NCBI GenBank assembly: GCA_903862375.1
Contig: CAIOXR010000078.1
Span: 1 to 35,440 of the forward strand
DNA: 35,440 nucleotides
From: an uncultured bacterium
GTDB lineage: Bacteria > Patescibacteriota > Minisyncoccia > Phycocordibacterales > UBA9973
Direction of reading: 5' to 3'
Below the pieces are notes generated by a model. The model had not been told where the DNA came from. It did not search any database and worked only from the letters and a program-made list of their open reading frames with translations. The position numbers and the translations under genes were made by a program. This document shows positions 23,852 to 33,919 of this stretch, in pieces (within the stretch, counting starts at the first letter, position 1; every line of letters starts with the position of its first letter).

Positions 23852-24418
23852 ATGGAAAAAATTATAAAAGAAGCTAGAGAACTAGCATATGGTGAAGCTG
23901 AAAAGAATGGAACACCTGCTGTACCTATTATTAATTTATCAACAGAAATAGGTAAAAGAATCGCTGGGGAATTAGGTGCAAATATTGAAATAGTTGAAAT
24001 TGGTACATTGCTTATGGACTGTGTCTTGGGGCAAGCCATAAAAGAAAATCGCCAGAAAGAACACATCCAGATGTCATATGAAAAAACAGATGAATTATTA
24101 AAAAAATTTTCAATATTAGAAGAAGATAAAAATAATATAAAGCATTGTGTACTGGAACATCATGGGGTTAAAAAGTTTTATTCTTTAGAGTCAGAAATAT
24201 GTTGTAATGCAGATTGTTACAGATTTATTTCTGTAAAAGGTATATTTCTTCAAATAAGAAATATGAGGGAAATGCCATTTGAAAAAATAGTTGAAAAATT
24301 AGAAGAAAAAGTAAATGAAAAGTGGAATGCTCTAACTTTAGATATTGCAAAAAATGAGTTATCTATTCAGTATGAATTAATAATTAAATTATTAGAAAAT
24401 TTAAAAGTAAAAAATTAA
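23852..24418 (+). CDS. HD-domain-like protein with a degenerate metal-binding signature
   Basis: The helical protein has GTLLMDCVLG where HD proteins have LLHDIG, and a later HCVLEHHG motif. The assignment is tentative. Confidence 0.45.
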   Translation: MEKIIKEARELAYGEAEKNGTPAVPIINLSTEIGKRIAGELGANIEIVEIGTLLMDCVLGQAIKENRQKEHIQMSYEKTDELLKKFSILEEDKNNIKHCVLEHHGVKKFYSLESEICCNADCYRFISVKGIFLQIRNMREMPFEKIVEKLEEKVNEKWNALTLDIAKNELSIQYELIIKLLENLKVKN

Positions 24419-24420
24419 TT

Positions 24421-25005
24421 ATGAAAAAAGTATTTATTGTTCACGGGTTTGTAGGTATACCTAATGGTGGGTGGATTCCTTGGTTAATGGAGGAACTAGC
24501 AAAAAATAAAATCTTTGCTTGTGCTTTAGCAATGCCTAATCCAAAAAACCCATCTGTACCAGAATGGATTGAAGAAATTTCTCATGCTGTAAATAATGCA
24601 CCAGACGATGAAATATATTTGGTAGGGCATAGTTTAGGAGCTACAGCAGTAATGAAATATCTTGAAAGTATTCCAAATGAAAAAAAAGTTTCTGGGGTTG
24701 TATTAATTTCAGGACTCATAAGTCCACTTGATCCAGAAAATAGTAAAAGCAATTATCGCGCAATTGATTCATTCGTTGTTCCATCAATTTATTTTGAAAA
24801 AGTGAAAAATAAATCAGACAAGTTTATTTTGCTTCATAGTGTGGATGACCCAGCAGTTCCATTTGCACATGCTGAGATAATTTCCAAAGAGTTAAATTGT
24901 AAACTCGTTAAGGTAGATAAGTATAAACATTTTTTTATACTTGCAGAACCAATTTGTTATCAAATACCTGAATTACTAAAAATTATTGATGAAATATTAG
25001 AATAA
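24421..25005 (+). CDS. Alpha/beta hydrolase of the YdeN/RBBP9 serine-hydrolase family
   Basis: Motifs are VFIVHGF...GGWIPWL, the nucleophile elbow GHSLGA, the Asp region HSVDDPAVPF, and KHF as the His candidate. Confidence 0.75.
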   Translation: MKKVFIVHGFVGIPNGGWIPWLMEELAKNKIFACALAMPNPKNPSVPEWIEEISHAVNNAPDDEIYLVGHSLGATAVMKYLESIPNEKKVSGVVLISGLISPLDPENSKSNYRAIDSFVVPSIYFEKVKNKSDKFILLHSVDDPAVPFAHAEIISKELNCKLVKVDKYKHFFILAEPICYQIPELLKIIDEILE

Positions 25006-25589
25006 TGCATCATATTTATCATACACATGGATTTATACTAAGTTCGAAGAATAAAGGGGAAGCAAATAAAATGCTTACTGTTTATACTCGTGAGATGGGT
25101 TTGGTAAGGGCAATGGTTCAGGGAGTGAGGCTTCACAAATCAAAACTTCGATTTAGTTTACAAGATTTTTCTTATGTAAATATAGATTTCGTAAGAGGTA
25201 AAGATATATGGAGAGTGACATCAGCAAATAGTATCACAAGTTTTCCTTTTGCTAGATCTTCCAGAAGTTCACTACTGTTCATAGCTAGGATATGCAAACT
25301 TCTTGAAAGACTTTGTGATGGTGAAGAGTCAAATGAGAAGATATTTGATGATTTTATCCAAGTATTATATCTGATAGATGATTCAAATATATTAGATTCA
25401 TCAAGAGAAGCCCTTGAGCTTCATCTGGTGTTAAGAATAATGAATTCACTTGGTTATATTGGGGATTCTTTAATGTTGATGGATTATCTGGATGGAAGTA
25501 TAGACCTCACTCAGACAGAAACTTTACTAAGAGAAAAAAGATCTATTATTTCTCATATAAATAAGGCTTTGAATGAAAGCCAGCTTTAA
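25005..25589 (+). CDS. recO: DNA repair protein RecO (short form without the zinc-finger region)
   Basis: The N-terminal OB-fold pattern is THGFILSSKNKGEANKMLTVYTREMGLVRAMVQGVR...SKLRFSLQDFSYVNIDFV, followed by a helical C-terminus. It has a 1-nt overlap with the upstream gene. Confidence 0.8.
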   Translation: MHHIYHTHGFILSSKNKGEANKMLTVYTREMGLVRAMVQGVRLHKSKLRFSLQDFSYVNIDFVRGKDIWRVTSANSITSFPFARSSRSSLLFIARICKLLERLCDGEESNEKIFDDFIQVLYLIDDSNILDSSREALELHLVLRIMNSLGYIGDSLMLMDYLDGSIDLTQTETLLREKRSIISHINKALNESQL

Positions 25590-25660
25590 TTTAAATTAAA
25601 GCTAAATCACAGGTTAGATAATTTGTTACTTTTAAATAAAATGGTATTATAATAAAATAT

Positions 25661-27526
25661 ATGCCTGAGAATGAGAATAAAATTGAAGATATAAAACGTC
25701 GTCTTTATGAACCTAAAGATACAGTAACTCATCGCACAAAAGAAAATATAATTCATAATATTGATCATAAGGTAGAACAAAATTGGAAACAAGAAGACGA
25801 AAATACTTCTAATAAAATCAGAAAACCAAAAACATCAATTTTTAAAAAGTTTTTTATTTTTTCAATAGTGTTCTTTTTTTTGGCTATTGGGGTAGCATTT
25901 TATCTATACTCAAATAATGGTACTTCTGTTTCGAATGAATATATTGATATAACAGTTATAGGTAATGCATTTACAAAGGGAGGAGAAGAATTACCTTTAC
26001 AGATCGAAGTTACAAATAGGAATAAAGCAAATCTTGAACTTGTAAATTTGATAGTTTCTTTTCCAAATGGGGCAAATAACAATTCTATAGATATCACAAG
26101 ACTGCCTAGAATTACTATTGGAACTATTAAACCAGGTGAAACAATCACAAAAAACATAAAAGTAGTTTTATATGGTGATGAAAGATCTGATCGTAACATA
26201 AAGATTGATCTTGAGTATCATCCTGAAAGTTCAAATGCAATTTTTACAAAAAGTAAAGATTATCCAGTTAATATAAGTTCTGCTCCTCTTTCTTTGTTCG
26301 TAGAAGCACCAGATACTGTAACCTCTGATCAGCCAGTAATTGTAACTGTAAAAGCTGTTCTTAATACTTCACTACAAAATAACGGTACGGTAATGCAAGT
26401 AAGTTATCCAAATAACTTTATTTATGAAGGTGCTGAGCCAGCACCTACCTTAGGAAATTCTATGTGGAGTTTAGATTCTCTAAGTTTGACTAATCCAGTT
26501 TCTGTCGTTATTAAAGGTAGAATAGTAGGATTAGATAATGACCAACAGGTTTTTCATGTTTATGCTGGAACTATAAAAGAAAATGATAAATCCAATATGG
26601 ATATTGTATATAATTCTTTGTTACACACAATTACTATTACAAAACCATTTCTTGAAGCAAATATTATTGCGAAAGACACTTCTTCGTCTGGTGATATAGT
26701 TGAAGTTAAAATATTATGGGTAAATAATTTACCAACTAAAATAACTGATGGGGAAATTTTTGTTAATTTAGGAGGGAATGTTTATGATCGTACATCGGTC
26801 AAACCTTCAAAGGGATTTTTTGATTCATTTAATAATCGTATAATTTGGGATAGGAACTATATAGATGAATTATCAAATATTGAACCTGGGCAAAGTGGAG
26901 AGGTTGATTTTAGTGTTAGCTCAAAAGAATTATCAGGTATTCAAGATTTAATTAAAGATCCAGAATTAACGTTTGATGTAAGTATAAAAGGACGTCAACC
27001 TTCTTTAGGGTCTACATATACTGAAGTAAATAATTTTTCAAAAAAAGTTGTAAAAATATTATCTAATTTTCAAATTGCTGCTTCTGCTTCATATAAGGCG
27101 GGTCCTCTTCCTCCAAAAGCTGAGAAAAAAACGGATTATGTTGTTACATGGAGTTTGCTTAATGGAACCAATACGATATCAGAGGCAGTGGCAAGGGCAT
27201 CTCTTCCTATTTATGTAAATTGGGTTTCTTCTAACTCACAAAGAGAAAATATAACTTATAATGAATCTACTCGTGAAGTTGTTTGGAAAATAGGTACAGT
27301 TCGTGCAAATACTGGTGGAAATGTTGACAAAGAAGCTGTATTTACAATTTCACTTTCTCCTTCGCTTTCTCAAGTGGGAAGCACTCCACAGTTAATGAAA
27401 GAAATATTTTTATCTGGAACTGATACATTTACAAATACACAAATTAATTTTAAAAATGGATCAATTAATACATTATTATCAGGAGATATAAATTTTAAAT
27501 CAGGTGATGAACGTGTAGTAGAGTAA
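25661..27526 (+). CDS. Membrane-anchored extracytoplasmic protein (beta-rich, probably tandem Ig-like domains), function unknown
   Basis: A charged N-terminus is followed by one TM helix (FFIFSIVFFFLAIGVAFYLY) and then about 540 aa rich in T/S/N/V with no catalytic motif I recognise. Confidence 0.7.
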   Translation: MPENENKIEDIKRRLYEPKDTVTHRTKENIIHNIDHKVEQNWKQEDENTSNKIRKPKTSIFKKFFIFSIVFFFLAIGVAFYLYSNNGTSVSNEYIDITVIGNAFTKGGEELPLQIEVTNRNKANLELVNLIVSFPNGANNNSIDITRLPRITIGTIKPGETITKNIKVVLYGDERSDRNIKIDLEYHPESSNAIFTKSKDYPVNISSAPLSLFVEAPDTVTSDQPVIVTVKAVLNTSLQNNGTVMQVSYPNNFIYEGAEPAPTLGNSMWSLDSLSLTNPVSVVIKGRIVGLDNDQQVFHVYAGTIKENDKSNMDIVYNSLLHTITITKPFLEANIIAKDTSSSGDIVEVKILWVNNLPTKITDGEIFVNLGGNVYDRTSVKPSKGFFDSFNNRIIWDRNYIDELSNIEPGQSGEVDFSVSSKELSGIQDLIKDPELTFDVSIKGRQPSLGSTYTEVNNFSKKVVKILSNFQIAASASYKAGPLPPKAEKKTDYVVTWSLLNGTNTISEAVARASLPIYVNWVSSNSQRENITYNESTREVVWKIGTVRANTGGNVDKEAVFTISLSPSLSQVGSTPQLMKEIFLSGTDTFTNTQINFKNGSINTLLSGDINFKSGDERVVE

Positions 27527-27557
27527 TTAATAATTTATAAATATACGATTAAGAACT

Positions 27558-28964
27558 ATGGAACAAAAAAATGATGGAAAATTAATGGAGAAGATTATAT
27601 CACTTTGTAAGAGAAGAGGTTTTGTTTTTGCTTCTTCAGAAATATATGGTGGTATGGCTGGTGTTTATGATTATGGGCACTATGGTGTACTTTTTAAAGA
27701 CAATATAAAAAAAGAATGGGAAAAAAATATGATACAGATGAGGGAAGATATTGTTGGTCTTGATAGTGCTATATTCATGCATCCAAGGACATGGGTTGCT
27801 TCTGGTCACGTGGCAGGATTTAATGATCCACAAGTTGACTGTCATAATTGTAAATCAAGATTTAGAGCTGATCATATACTTGAAGATTTCGGTATTCAAG
27901 CCGATAAGGCTGGTATAGAATTTATAAATGATGAATTGAATAAACTTCGTGAATTAAAAAAGCTTGTATGTCAGAACTGTGGTAAGGCTGAATTAGGAGA
28001 AGCTAGAGTATTCTCAATGATGGTTAAATCAAATTTTGGTTCACCGATTGATTCACTTACTGAAGAAAATGTAGCTTATCTAAGACCAGAGACTTGTGGT
28101 GGTATATATCTAGAATATAAGAATACACTTGATAGTCTTCATTCTAAACTACCATTCGGTATTGCTCAAGTTGGTAAAGTATTTAGGAATGAAATTGCAG
28201 CTAGGCAGTTTATCTTTCGTACTCGTGAATTTGAACAAATGGAAATGCAGTATTTTCATGATCCATTAGATACAGTTTCTATTTTTGAAAATTGGAAACA
28301 GACAAGATATGACTGGTATCTTTTATATGGAATTCCTGATGATAAATTACGTTTTTATAAGCATGAGAAGTTGGCTCATTATGCTACTGATGCTTATGAT
28401 GTCGAGTATGATTTTGAGTCGATGGGTGGCTTTAAAGAAGTAGAAGGTATACACGCAAGGGGAAACTGGGATTTGTCTCAACATAGCAAGTTCTCAGGTA
28501 TTGCTCTTGACTACTACGATGAAGAAAAGAAGAAAAGATTTACTCCACATATAGTAGAAACTTCTGTAGGTTTAGCTAGACTTTTCTTAATGTTTATTGA
28601 TAATGCTTATACAGAAATACTTTCAGAAGAAGGTGAGACTCGTGTATTCTTGAAACTAGATCCAAGATTAGCTCCTATCAAGGTTGCTATCTTTCCACTA
28701 CTTAAGAACAAGCCTGAGCTTGTATCAACTGCGCATAATTTGTATTTAAAGATTAGAAGTGAGTTTATGTGTGAGTTTGATGATAATGGTAACATAGGTA
28801 AGAGGTATAGAAGACAGGATGAGATAGGAACTCCATGGTGTGTGGTTGTAGACTTTGATACACTCGAAGATAATTCTGTAACTATCCGTGATCGTGATAC
28901 TGGTCTTCAAGAAAGAATTCAAAAAGAAGATATAGTCGCTTACATAAAAGAGAGGATGAAATAA
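27558..28964 (+). CDS. glyQS: Glycine--tRNA ligase (homodimeric alpha2 type)
   Basis: Motifs are RRGFVFASSEIYGG, YLRPETCGG, FRNEIAARQFIFRTREFEQMEMQYF, and a C-terminal anticodon-binding domain. Confidence 0.95.
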   Translation: MEQKNDGKLMEKIISLCKRRGFVFASSEIYGGMAGVYDYGHYGVLFKDNIKKEWEKNMIQMREDIVGLDSAIFMHPRTWVASGHVAGFNDPQVDCHNCKSRFRADHILEDFGIQADKAGIEFINDELNKLRELKKLVCQNCGKAELGEARVFSMMVKSNFGSPIDSLTEENVAYLRPETCGGIYLEYKNTLDSLHSKLPFGIAQVGKVFRNEIAARQFIFRTREFEQMEMQYFHDPLDTVSIFENWKQTRYDWYLLYGIPDDKLRFYKHEKLAHYATDAYDVEYDFESMGGFKEVEGIHARGNWDLSQHSKFSGIALDYYDEEKKKRFTPHIVETSVGLARLFLMFIDNAYTEILSEEGETRVFLKLDPRLAPIKVAIFPLLKNKPELVSTAHNLYLKIRSEFMCEFDDNGNIGKRYRRQDEIGTPWCVVVDFDTLEDNSVTIRDRDTGLQERIQKEDIVAYIKERMK

Positions 28965-28981
28965 AAATAAAATTATAAAAA

Positions 28982-29003
28982 TCCCTTAGATAAATACTAG
29001 GGA
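28982..29003 (+). terminator. Weak candidate terminator after glyQS
   Basis: TCCCTTAG / CTAGGGA forms 7 bp with one bulge and a 7-nt loop. It is followed by ACTTTTGG, which is only a short T-run. Confidence 0.35.
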
Positions 29004-29049
29004 ACTTTTGGAATTTTATAATACTTTAATAATATGCTAAAATGGTTTT

Positions 29050-30321
29050 ATGATAAAAGCAAAAAAGAAAGTATTTAAAAGTGGTTTAAGGGTGGTAACA
29101 ATACCTATGAAAGATAATCCTACTGTGACAGTGCTAGTACTTGTAGGTACAGGAAGTGACTATGAACCAAAGGAAATTAATGGCATTTCTCACTTTTTAG
29201 AGCATATGTGTTTTAAAGGAACTATAAAACGTCCCACTTCTAAGGATATTTCACATGAGCTTGATTCACTAGGGTGTCAGTATAATGCTTTCACTGGATC
29301 TGAATATACTGGCTACTATGCTAAGGGTGATTCAAAGAATTTTAAACAAATGTTTGATGTTGTAACTGATATATATTTAAATTCAACATTTCCAGAGATG
29401 GATATGCAAAAAGAAAAAGGGGTAATAATAGAAGAGATAAATATGTATGAAGATATGCCAGCAAGTGATGTGCAGGATCTTTTCACAAAAGTTTTATATG
29501 GTGATCAGCCAGCAGGAAGAAGCACTTTGGGTACAAAAGAAAATATCAACAATATGATCCGTGATAATTTTGTAAATTATAAAAAGATTCACTATGTGGC
29601 AGAAAATACTGTGGTAATAGTAGCTGGTAATGTAACGAATGAAGAAGTATACAAAGAAATTGCCAAATCATTTAAAGATGTACCGATAAACAAAACTGGT
29701 AAAAAGTCTAAAACAAAAGACGAACAACAAAATGCAAAAGTTTTAGTAAAATTTAAAGAGACAGATCAGACACACTTTGTACTTGGAGTAAGAACATTCT
29801 CAGTTTTTGATAAAAGGAATACTATATTATCACTTTTATCTGGAGTATTAGGAGCAGGGATGAGTTCAAGACTTTTCTCAAAACTTAGGGAAGAGCTTGG
29901 AGTTGCTTACTATGTGCGTGCTTATAATAATCCTTCACTTGATCATGGATCATTTCAGATATCGGCAGGTGTGAATAATACTAGAACAGAAGAAGTGATA
30001 AAAGAAATAATTAAAGAATGTAATTTATTAATAAATGAGAAAGTTAGTGAAAACGAATTAGAAAAAGTTAAATCACTTATAATAGGGAATATGAAGATGT
30101 CCCTTGAAGCGACAGATGATATAGCGAATTTCTATGGTGGTCAAGAATTAATAAAAAAAGAAATTAAAAGCTTAGAAGAAAAAATTAAGGAAATAAAAAA
30201 GGTAACAACAGTAGATATCCAAAAGATGGCTAAAGTTATTTTCAAAACTAAGAATCTAAATCTAGCAATTATTGGTCCATTTAAAGAACAAACTTTATTT
30301 GAAAATATACTTAAGTTTTAG
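29050..30321 (+). CDS. M16-family (pitrilysin-like) zinc peptidase
   Basis: It has the inverted zinc motif HFLEHMCFKGT and a downstream EE(I)N glutamate region. It has a two-domain M16 length. Confidence 0.9.
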   Translation: MIKAKKKVFKSGLRVVTIPMKDNPTVTVLVLVGTGSDYEPKEINGISHFLEHMCFKGTIKRPTSKDISHELDSLGCQYNAFTGSEYTGYYAKGDSKNFKQMFDVVTDIYLNSTFPEMDMQKEKGVIIEEINMYEDMPASDVQDLFTKVLYGDQPAGRSTLGTKENINNMIRDNFVNYKKIHYVAENTVVIVAGNVTNEEVYKEIAKSFKDVPINKTGKKSKTKDEQQNAKVLVKFKETDQTHFVLGVRTFSVFDKRNTILSLLSGVLGAGMSSRLFSKLREELGVAYYVRAYNNPSLDHGSFQISAGVNNTRTEEVIKEIIKECNLLINEKVSENELEKVKSLIIGNMKMSLEATDDIANFYGGQELIKKEIKSLEEKIKEIKKVTTVDIQKMAKVIFKTKNLNLAIIGPFKEQTLFENILKF

Positions 30322-30353
30322 TAAAAGTTTATATTTCATGGTAAAATCATAAT

Positions 30354-31421
30354 ATGAAAGAAAATGATAAAAATGTATGTATATCTATATCGAATGATTC
30401 TATAATCCGATTTATTCTAATTGGTATTGTTTTTTATGCAATTTTTAAATTAACAAACTTAATACTTATTGTCCTTACTTCTATCGTTATAGCTTCTTTT
30501 GTGGTTTATGCTGTCAGCAAGATGAATAGATTTATTAAGAATAGACTAGCTTCAATATTACTTATATATATCATTAGTATTGGTATTATTGTAGGATTGT
30601 TGTCAGTATTTATACCTACATTTATTACTGAAATGTCTGACTTGGTAGGTCAATTAGGTAAATATATTCCAAATTCAAGCATATTAAATGGTTTTCAGAC
30701 AGACACAATATCAGGTGCAAAAACAGTAGTTTCTACTATTGCCCATAATGCATCATTGGGAGATGTTATAAAAAGTATACAGAGTCTTGTTGGTAGTCTT
30801 TCTGGTGGATTTATTAATATATTTGGTTCAACCTTTGGCGGAATAGTTAATTTATTATTGATATTCATTATTTCATTCTATCTTTCAATAACGGAAAAAG
30901 GTATAGAGAATTTCTTAAGAATTGTCACTCCAGATAAGAATGAAGAATACCTTATTAACCTTTGGTTAAGAACTGAGAAAAAGATTGGTTTGTGGATGCA
31001 AGGTCAAATGCTTATGAGTGTGATAGTAGGAGTTCTTGCTTATTTAGGTTTGACGATAATAGGAGTTAACTACTCTCTTGTATTAGCTTTGATTGTCATT
31101 GTTGCAGAGCTTGTTCCTTTTGGTTTGGTAATCGCTACTATACCCGCATTATTATTTGCATATTTAGATGGTGGAGTTGCTTTGACTGCTATAACTTTTG
31201 GATTCTATTTAATTCTAGGACAATTTGAAACTTATCTTATATATCCATTAATAGTAAAAAAGGCGACAGGTATCTCACCTTTGGTTGTTATCCTTTCTGT
31301 ATTAATTGGAGCAGAACTTGCTGGTATTTGGGGAGTATTCTTGGCTGTCCCTATCGCTGTATGTTTACTTGAATTTTTTGATGATTTAGAAAAGAAGAAA
31401 ATAGAAGCTCGAAATAATTAA
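30354..31421 (+). CDS. AI-2E family transporter (PerM/YhhT-like permease)
   Basis: It has about 8 TM helices and the family-typical C-terminal region AELVPFGLVIATIPALLFA...ISPLVVILSVLIGAELAGIWGVFLAVP. Confidence 0.85.
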   Translation: MKENDKNVCISISNDSIIRFILIGIVFYAIFKLTNLILIVLTSIVIASFVVYAVSKMNRFIKNRLASILLIYIISIGIIVGLLSVFIPTFITEMSDLVGQLGKYIPNSSILNGFQTDTISGAKTVVSTIAHNASLGDVIKSIQSLVGSLSGGFINIFGSTFGGIVNLLLIFIISFYLSITEKGIENFLRIVTPDKNEEYLINLWLRTEKKIGLWMQGQMLMSVIVGVLAYLGLTIIGVNYSLVLALIVIVAELVPFGLVIATIPALLFAYLDGGVALTAITFGFYLILGQFETYLIYPLIVKKATGISPLVVILSVLIGAELAGIWGVFLAVPIAVCLLEFFDDLEKKKIEARNN

Positions 31422-31425
31422 CTCT

Positions 31426-32976
31426 ATGAATAAAACATTTTTTCACAACAAGCGAGGATCGAATAGCCAAGTAGACTTGGATATGTCGTCCGAATCGAAG
31501 TTGGGACAAAACGGTACTCCGTTTTATCTTACAACAACTTTGCCGTACGTGAACGCACCACTACACATGGGGCATGCATTAGAGTTCGTACGTGCAGATA
31601 CAATAGCTCGATATAAGAAATTACTTGGTTTTGATGTTTATTTTAATACTGGGACAGATGAGCACGGTATGAAGATTTATGAGAAAGCTAAAGAGAGTGG
31701 CTTGGATATTCAAGATTTTGTGGACCAAGGTTTTGAAACTTTTAAAAATCAGCTAAAGATGTTTGGGGTTTTAGAAGACGTCCACTTCATTCGTACTACA
31801 GATACGAATCATATAAAATCTGCTCAAGAATTCTGGAAGAGGGTAGAGAGTAATGGTTTTATTTATAAGAAAACCTATGAGGCTAAATATTGTATGGGTT
31901 GTGAAAGTGAAAAAACAGATTCAGAACTTGTAAATGGTGAGTGTCCATTTCATACTGGACAAGAACTTAAACTTATAAATGAAGAGAATTATTTCTTTAA
32001 ATATTCTTCATTTGGAGATAAACTTTTGAAATTATATTCTGATAATCCAAATTTTGTTATTCCAGATTTTAGACTGAATGAAGTAAAGAATTTTGTAAAT
32101 AGTGGTCTTCAAGATTTTTCAATTTCTCGCTTGAAAGAAAAAATGCCATGGGGTATACCAGTACCTGGGGATGATGCTCAAGTAATGTATGTATGGTTTG
32201 ATGCACTCACAAATTATATTTCAACTTTAGGGTGGCCTACCTCATATACTGATTCGACGGACAAGCCGGAAGATAAAGATAATTTTGAAAAGTATTGGAT
32301 AAATGGCAATCCTACTCAGTATTGTGGAAAAGATAATACTCGTTTTCAAGCTGCTATGTGGCAGGCAATGCTTATGGCTGCAGGTGTACCTAACTCTCAT
32401 CAGATAATTGTGAATGGATTTATAACAGGTGAAGGTGGTATTCGTATGTCGAAGTCTCTTGGCAATGGAGTTGATCCTAAAGAAATTGTAGATGAGTACG
32501 GTACTGATGCTTTAAGATACTTTCTCCTTCGTGAAGTAAGTAGTTTTGAAGATAGTCCTTTTACTATTGAACGATTTAAGGATTCATATAATTCAGGATT
32601 AGCAAATGGATTAGGGAATTTAACTTCAAGAATATTAACTTTATCTGAAAAATATTTAAATGGAAATTTTAATTTAGAAGAGCAAAAAATTCCTGAAGAA
32701 TTTTTTGCATATTTGGAAAGTTTTGATATTCAAAAAGCTACTTCGTATATATGGGAGAAAATAGGTGAGCTAGATAAAAGGATTCAAGAGACTGAGCCAT
32801 TTAAAGTAGTAAAAGTTGATTTAGAAAAAGGGAAAGAATTAATTAAGGAAAATGTTATTAACTTATATATTATTTCTAAAATGCTTATTCCTATCCTTCC
32901 AGAAACATCTAAAAAAATTCAAAGTTTAATTAAAGAAAATAAAAAACCAGAAATTTCTTTATTTTTACGTAAATAA
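31426..32976 (+). CDS. metG: Methionine--tRNA ligase
   Basis: It has TLPYVNAPLHMGH (HIGH), a CxxC...CP knuckle (CMGCESE...GECPFH), RMSKSLGN (KMSKS), and WFDALTNY. The start is ambiguous: the ATG at 31483 (MSSESK...) would remove an atypical 19-aa N-terminal extension. Confidence 0.93.
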   Translation: MNKTFFHNKRGSNSQVDLDMSSESKLGQNGTPFYLTTTLPYVNAPLHMGHALEFVRADTIARYKKLLGFDVYFNTGTDEHGMKIYEKAKESGLDIQDFVDQGFETFKNQLKMFGVLEDVHFIRTTDTNHIKSAQEFWKRVESNGFIYKKTYEAKYCMGCESEKTDSELVNGECPFHTGQELKLINEENYFFKYSSFGDKLLKLYSDNPNFVIPDFRLNEVKNFVNSGLQDFSISRLKEKMPWGIPVPGDDAQVMYVWFDALTNYISTLGWPTSYTDSTDKPEDKDNFEKYWINGNPTQYCGKDNTRFQAAMWQAMLMAAGVPNSHQIIVNGFITGEGGIRMSKSLGNGVDPKEIVDEYGTDALRYFLLREVSSFEDSPFTIERFKDSYNSGLANGLGNLTSRILTLSEKYLNGNFNLEEQKIPEEFFAYLESFDIQKATSYIWEKIGELDKRIQETEPFKVVKVDLEKGKELIKENVINLYIISKMLIPILPETSKKIQSLIKENKKPEISLFLRK

Positions 32977-32977
32977 T

Positions 32978-33856
32978 ATGCCTAAATATATAGACATACA
33001 CGCACATACGAATTTTAAAGCTTTTGAAGAAGATCGAGATCAAGTTATTTCTCGTGCACTTGAGAATGATACATGGATTATAAATATAGGAACTCAGTAT
33101 GATACGTCTAAAAAAGCAGTTCATATGACTAACGAATATGGAGAAGGTGTATATGCAACAATAGGACTTCATCCAATTCATACTTCTGCTTCTTATCATG
33201 ATGAAAATGAGTTAGGTGAGGATGGTAAAGAATTTACTTCAAGAGGAGAAGTTTTTGATAAAGAGAAATATAAAGAGTTAGCATCACAAGGTAAGGTAGT
33301 AGCGATAGGTGAGTGTGGCCTTGATTATTATCACTTGGAAGAAGATAGTATTGAAAAACAAAAATCCGCATTTATATCACAGATAGAACTTGCGAATGAA
33401 CTTGGTTTACCTTTAATGCTCCATGTTAGGAATAACAATACAGATAAAACTCACAATGCATATTTTGATGTTTATGAATTAATTAAAAAATATTCAAAAA
33501 CTAATGAAGTCGGACTTCCTTATATCAGGGGGGTATCACATTTTTTTGCAGGAAGCGTAGAGGATATGAAAAGATTTATGGAGATAGGTGTATACATATC
33601 TTTTGCTGGTCCTATTACTTATAAGCCAAACTTACTTATTTGTGATTATGAAACTGTAATAAAAGAGACACCTATAGATATGATACTTGCTGATACAGAT
33701 AGTCCTTACGTGGCCCCAGTGCCTCATAGAGGTACTAGGAATGAGCCTTTGTATGTAAAGGATATAGTAAACAAAATTGCTCAAATTAAAGGTTTAGATG
33801 AAGATGAGGTGGCAAGACAGATAGTTATTAATGCAAAAAAGTTATTTAAAATATAA
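32978..33856 (+). CDS. tatD: TatD-family metal-dependent hydrolase/DNase
   Basis: Motifs are IDIHAHTNF, GECGLDY, LHVRN, SHFFAG and ADTDSPY. Confidence 0.9.
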   Translation: MPKYIDIHAHTNFKAFEEDRDQVISRALENDTWIINIGTQYDTSKKAVHMTNEYGEGVYATIGLHPIHTSASYHDENELGEDGKEFTSRGEVFDKEKYKELASQGKVVAIGECGLDYYHLEEDSIEKQKSAFISQIELANELGLPLMLHVRNNNTDKTHNAYFDVYELIKKYSKTNEVGLPYIRGVSHFFAGSVEDMKRFMEIGVYISFAGPITYKPNLLICDYETVIKETPIDMILADTDSPYVAPVPHRGTRNEPLYVKDIVNKIAQIKGLDEDEVARQIVINAKKLFKI

Positions 33857-33890
33857 TTTTTTAGGCATAATCTTTAGGAACTAAATTTTT

Positions 33891-33919
33891 TTGACTTTTC
33901 TATACTTTTCTGTTAGTAT
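33891..33919 (+). promoter_or_regulatory. Candidate sigma70-type promoter of the rpsF-ssb-rpsR operon
   Basis: TTGACT (33891-33896), a 17-nt spacer and TAGTAT (33914-33919). This would give a 5' leader of about 195 nt. Confidence 0.4.

Noticed and set aside
31441-31520. tRNA-like T-loop strings (GGATCGAAT, CCGAATCGAA) and a small hairpin (CCAAG-TAGA-CTTGG) at the 5' end of metG
   Set aside because: No acceptor, D or anticodon arms can be built around them. The region is in-frame with MetRS. It most likely only reflects uncertainty about the true metG start (31426 versus 31483).
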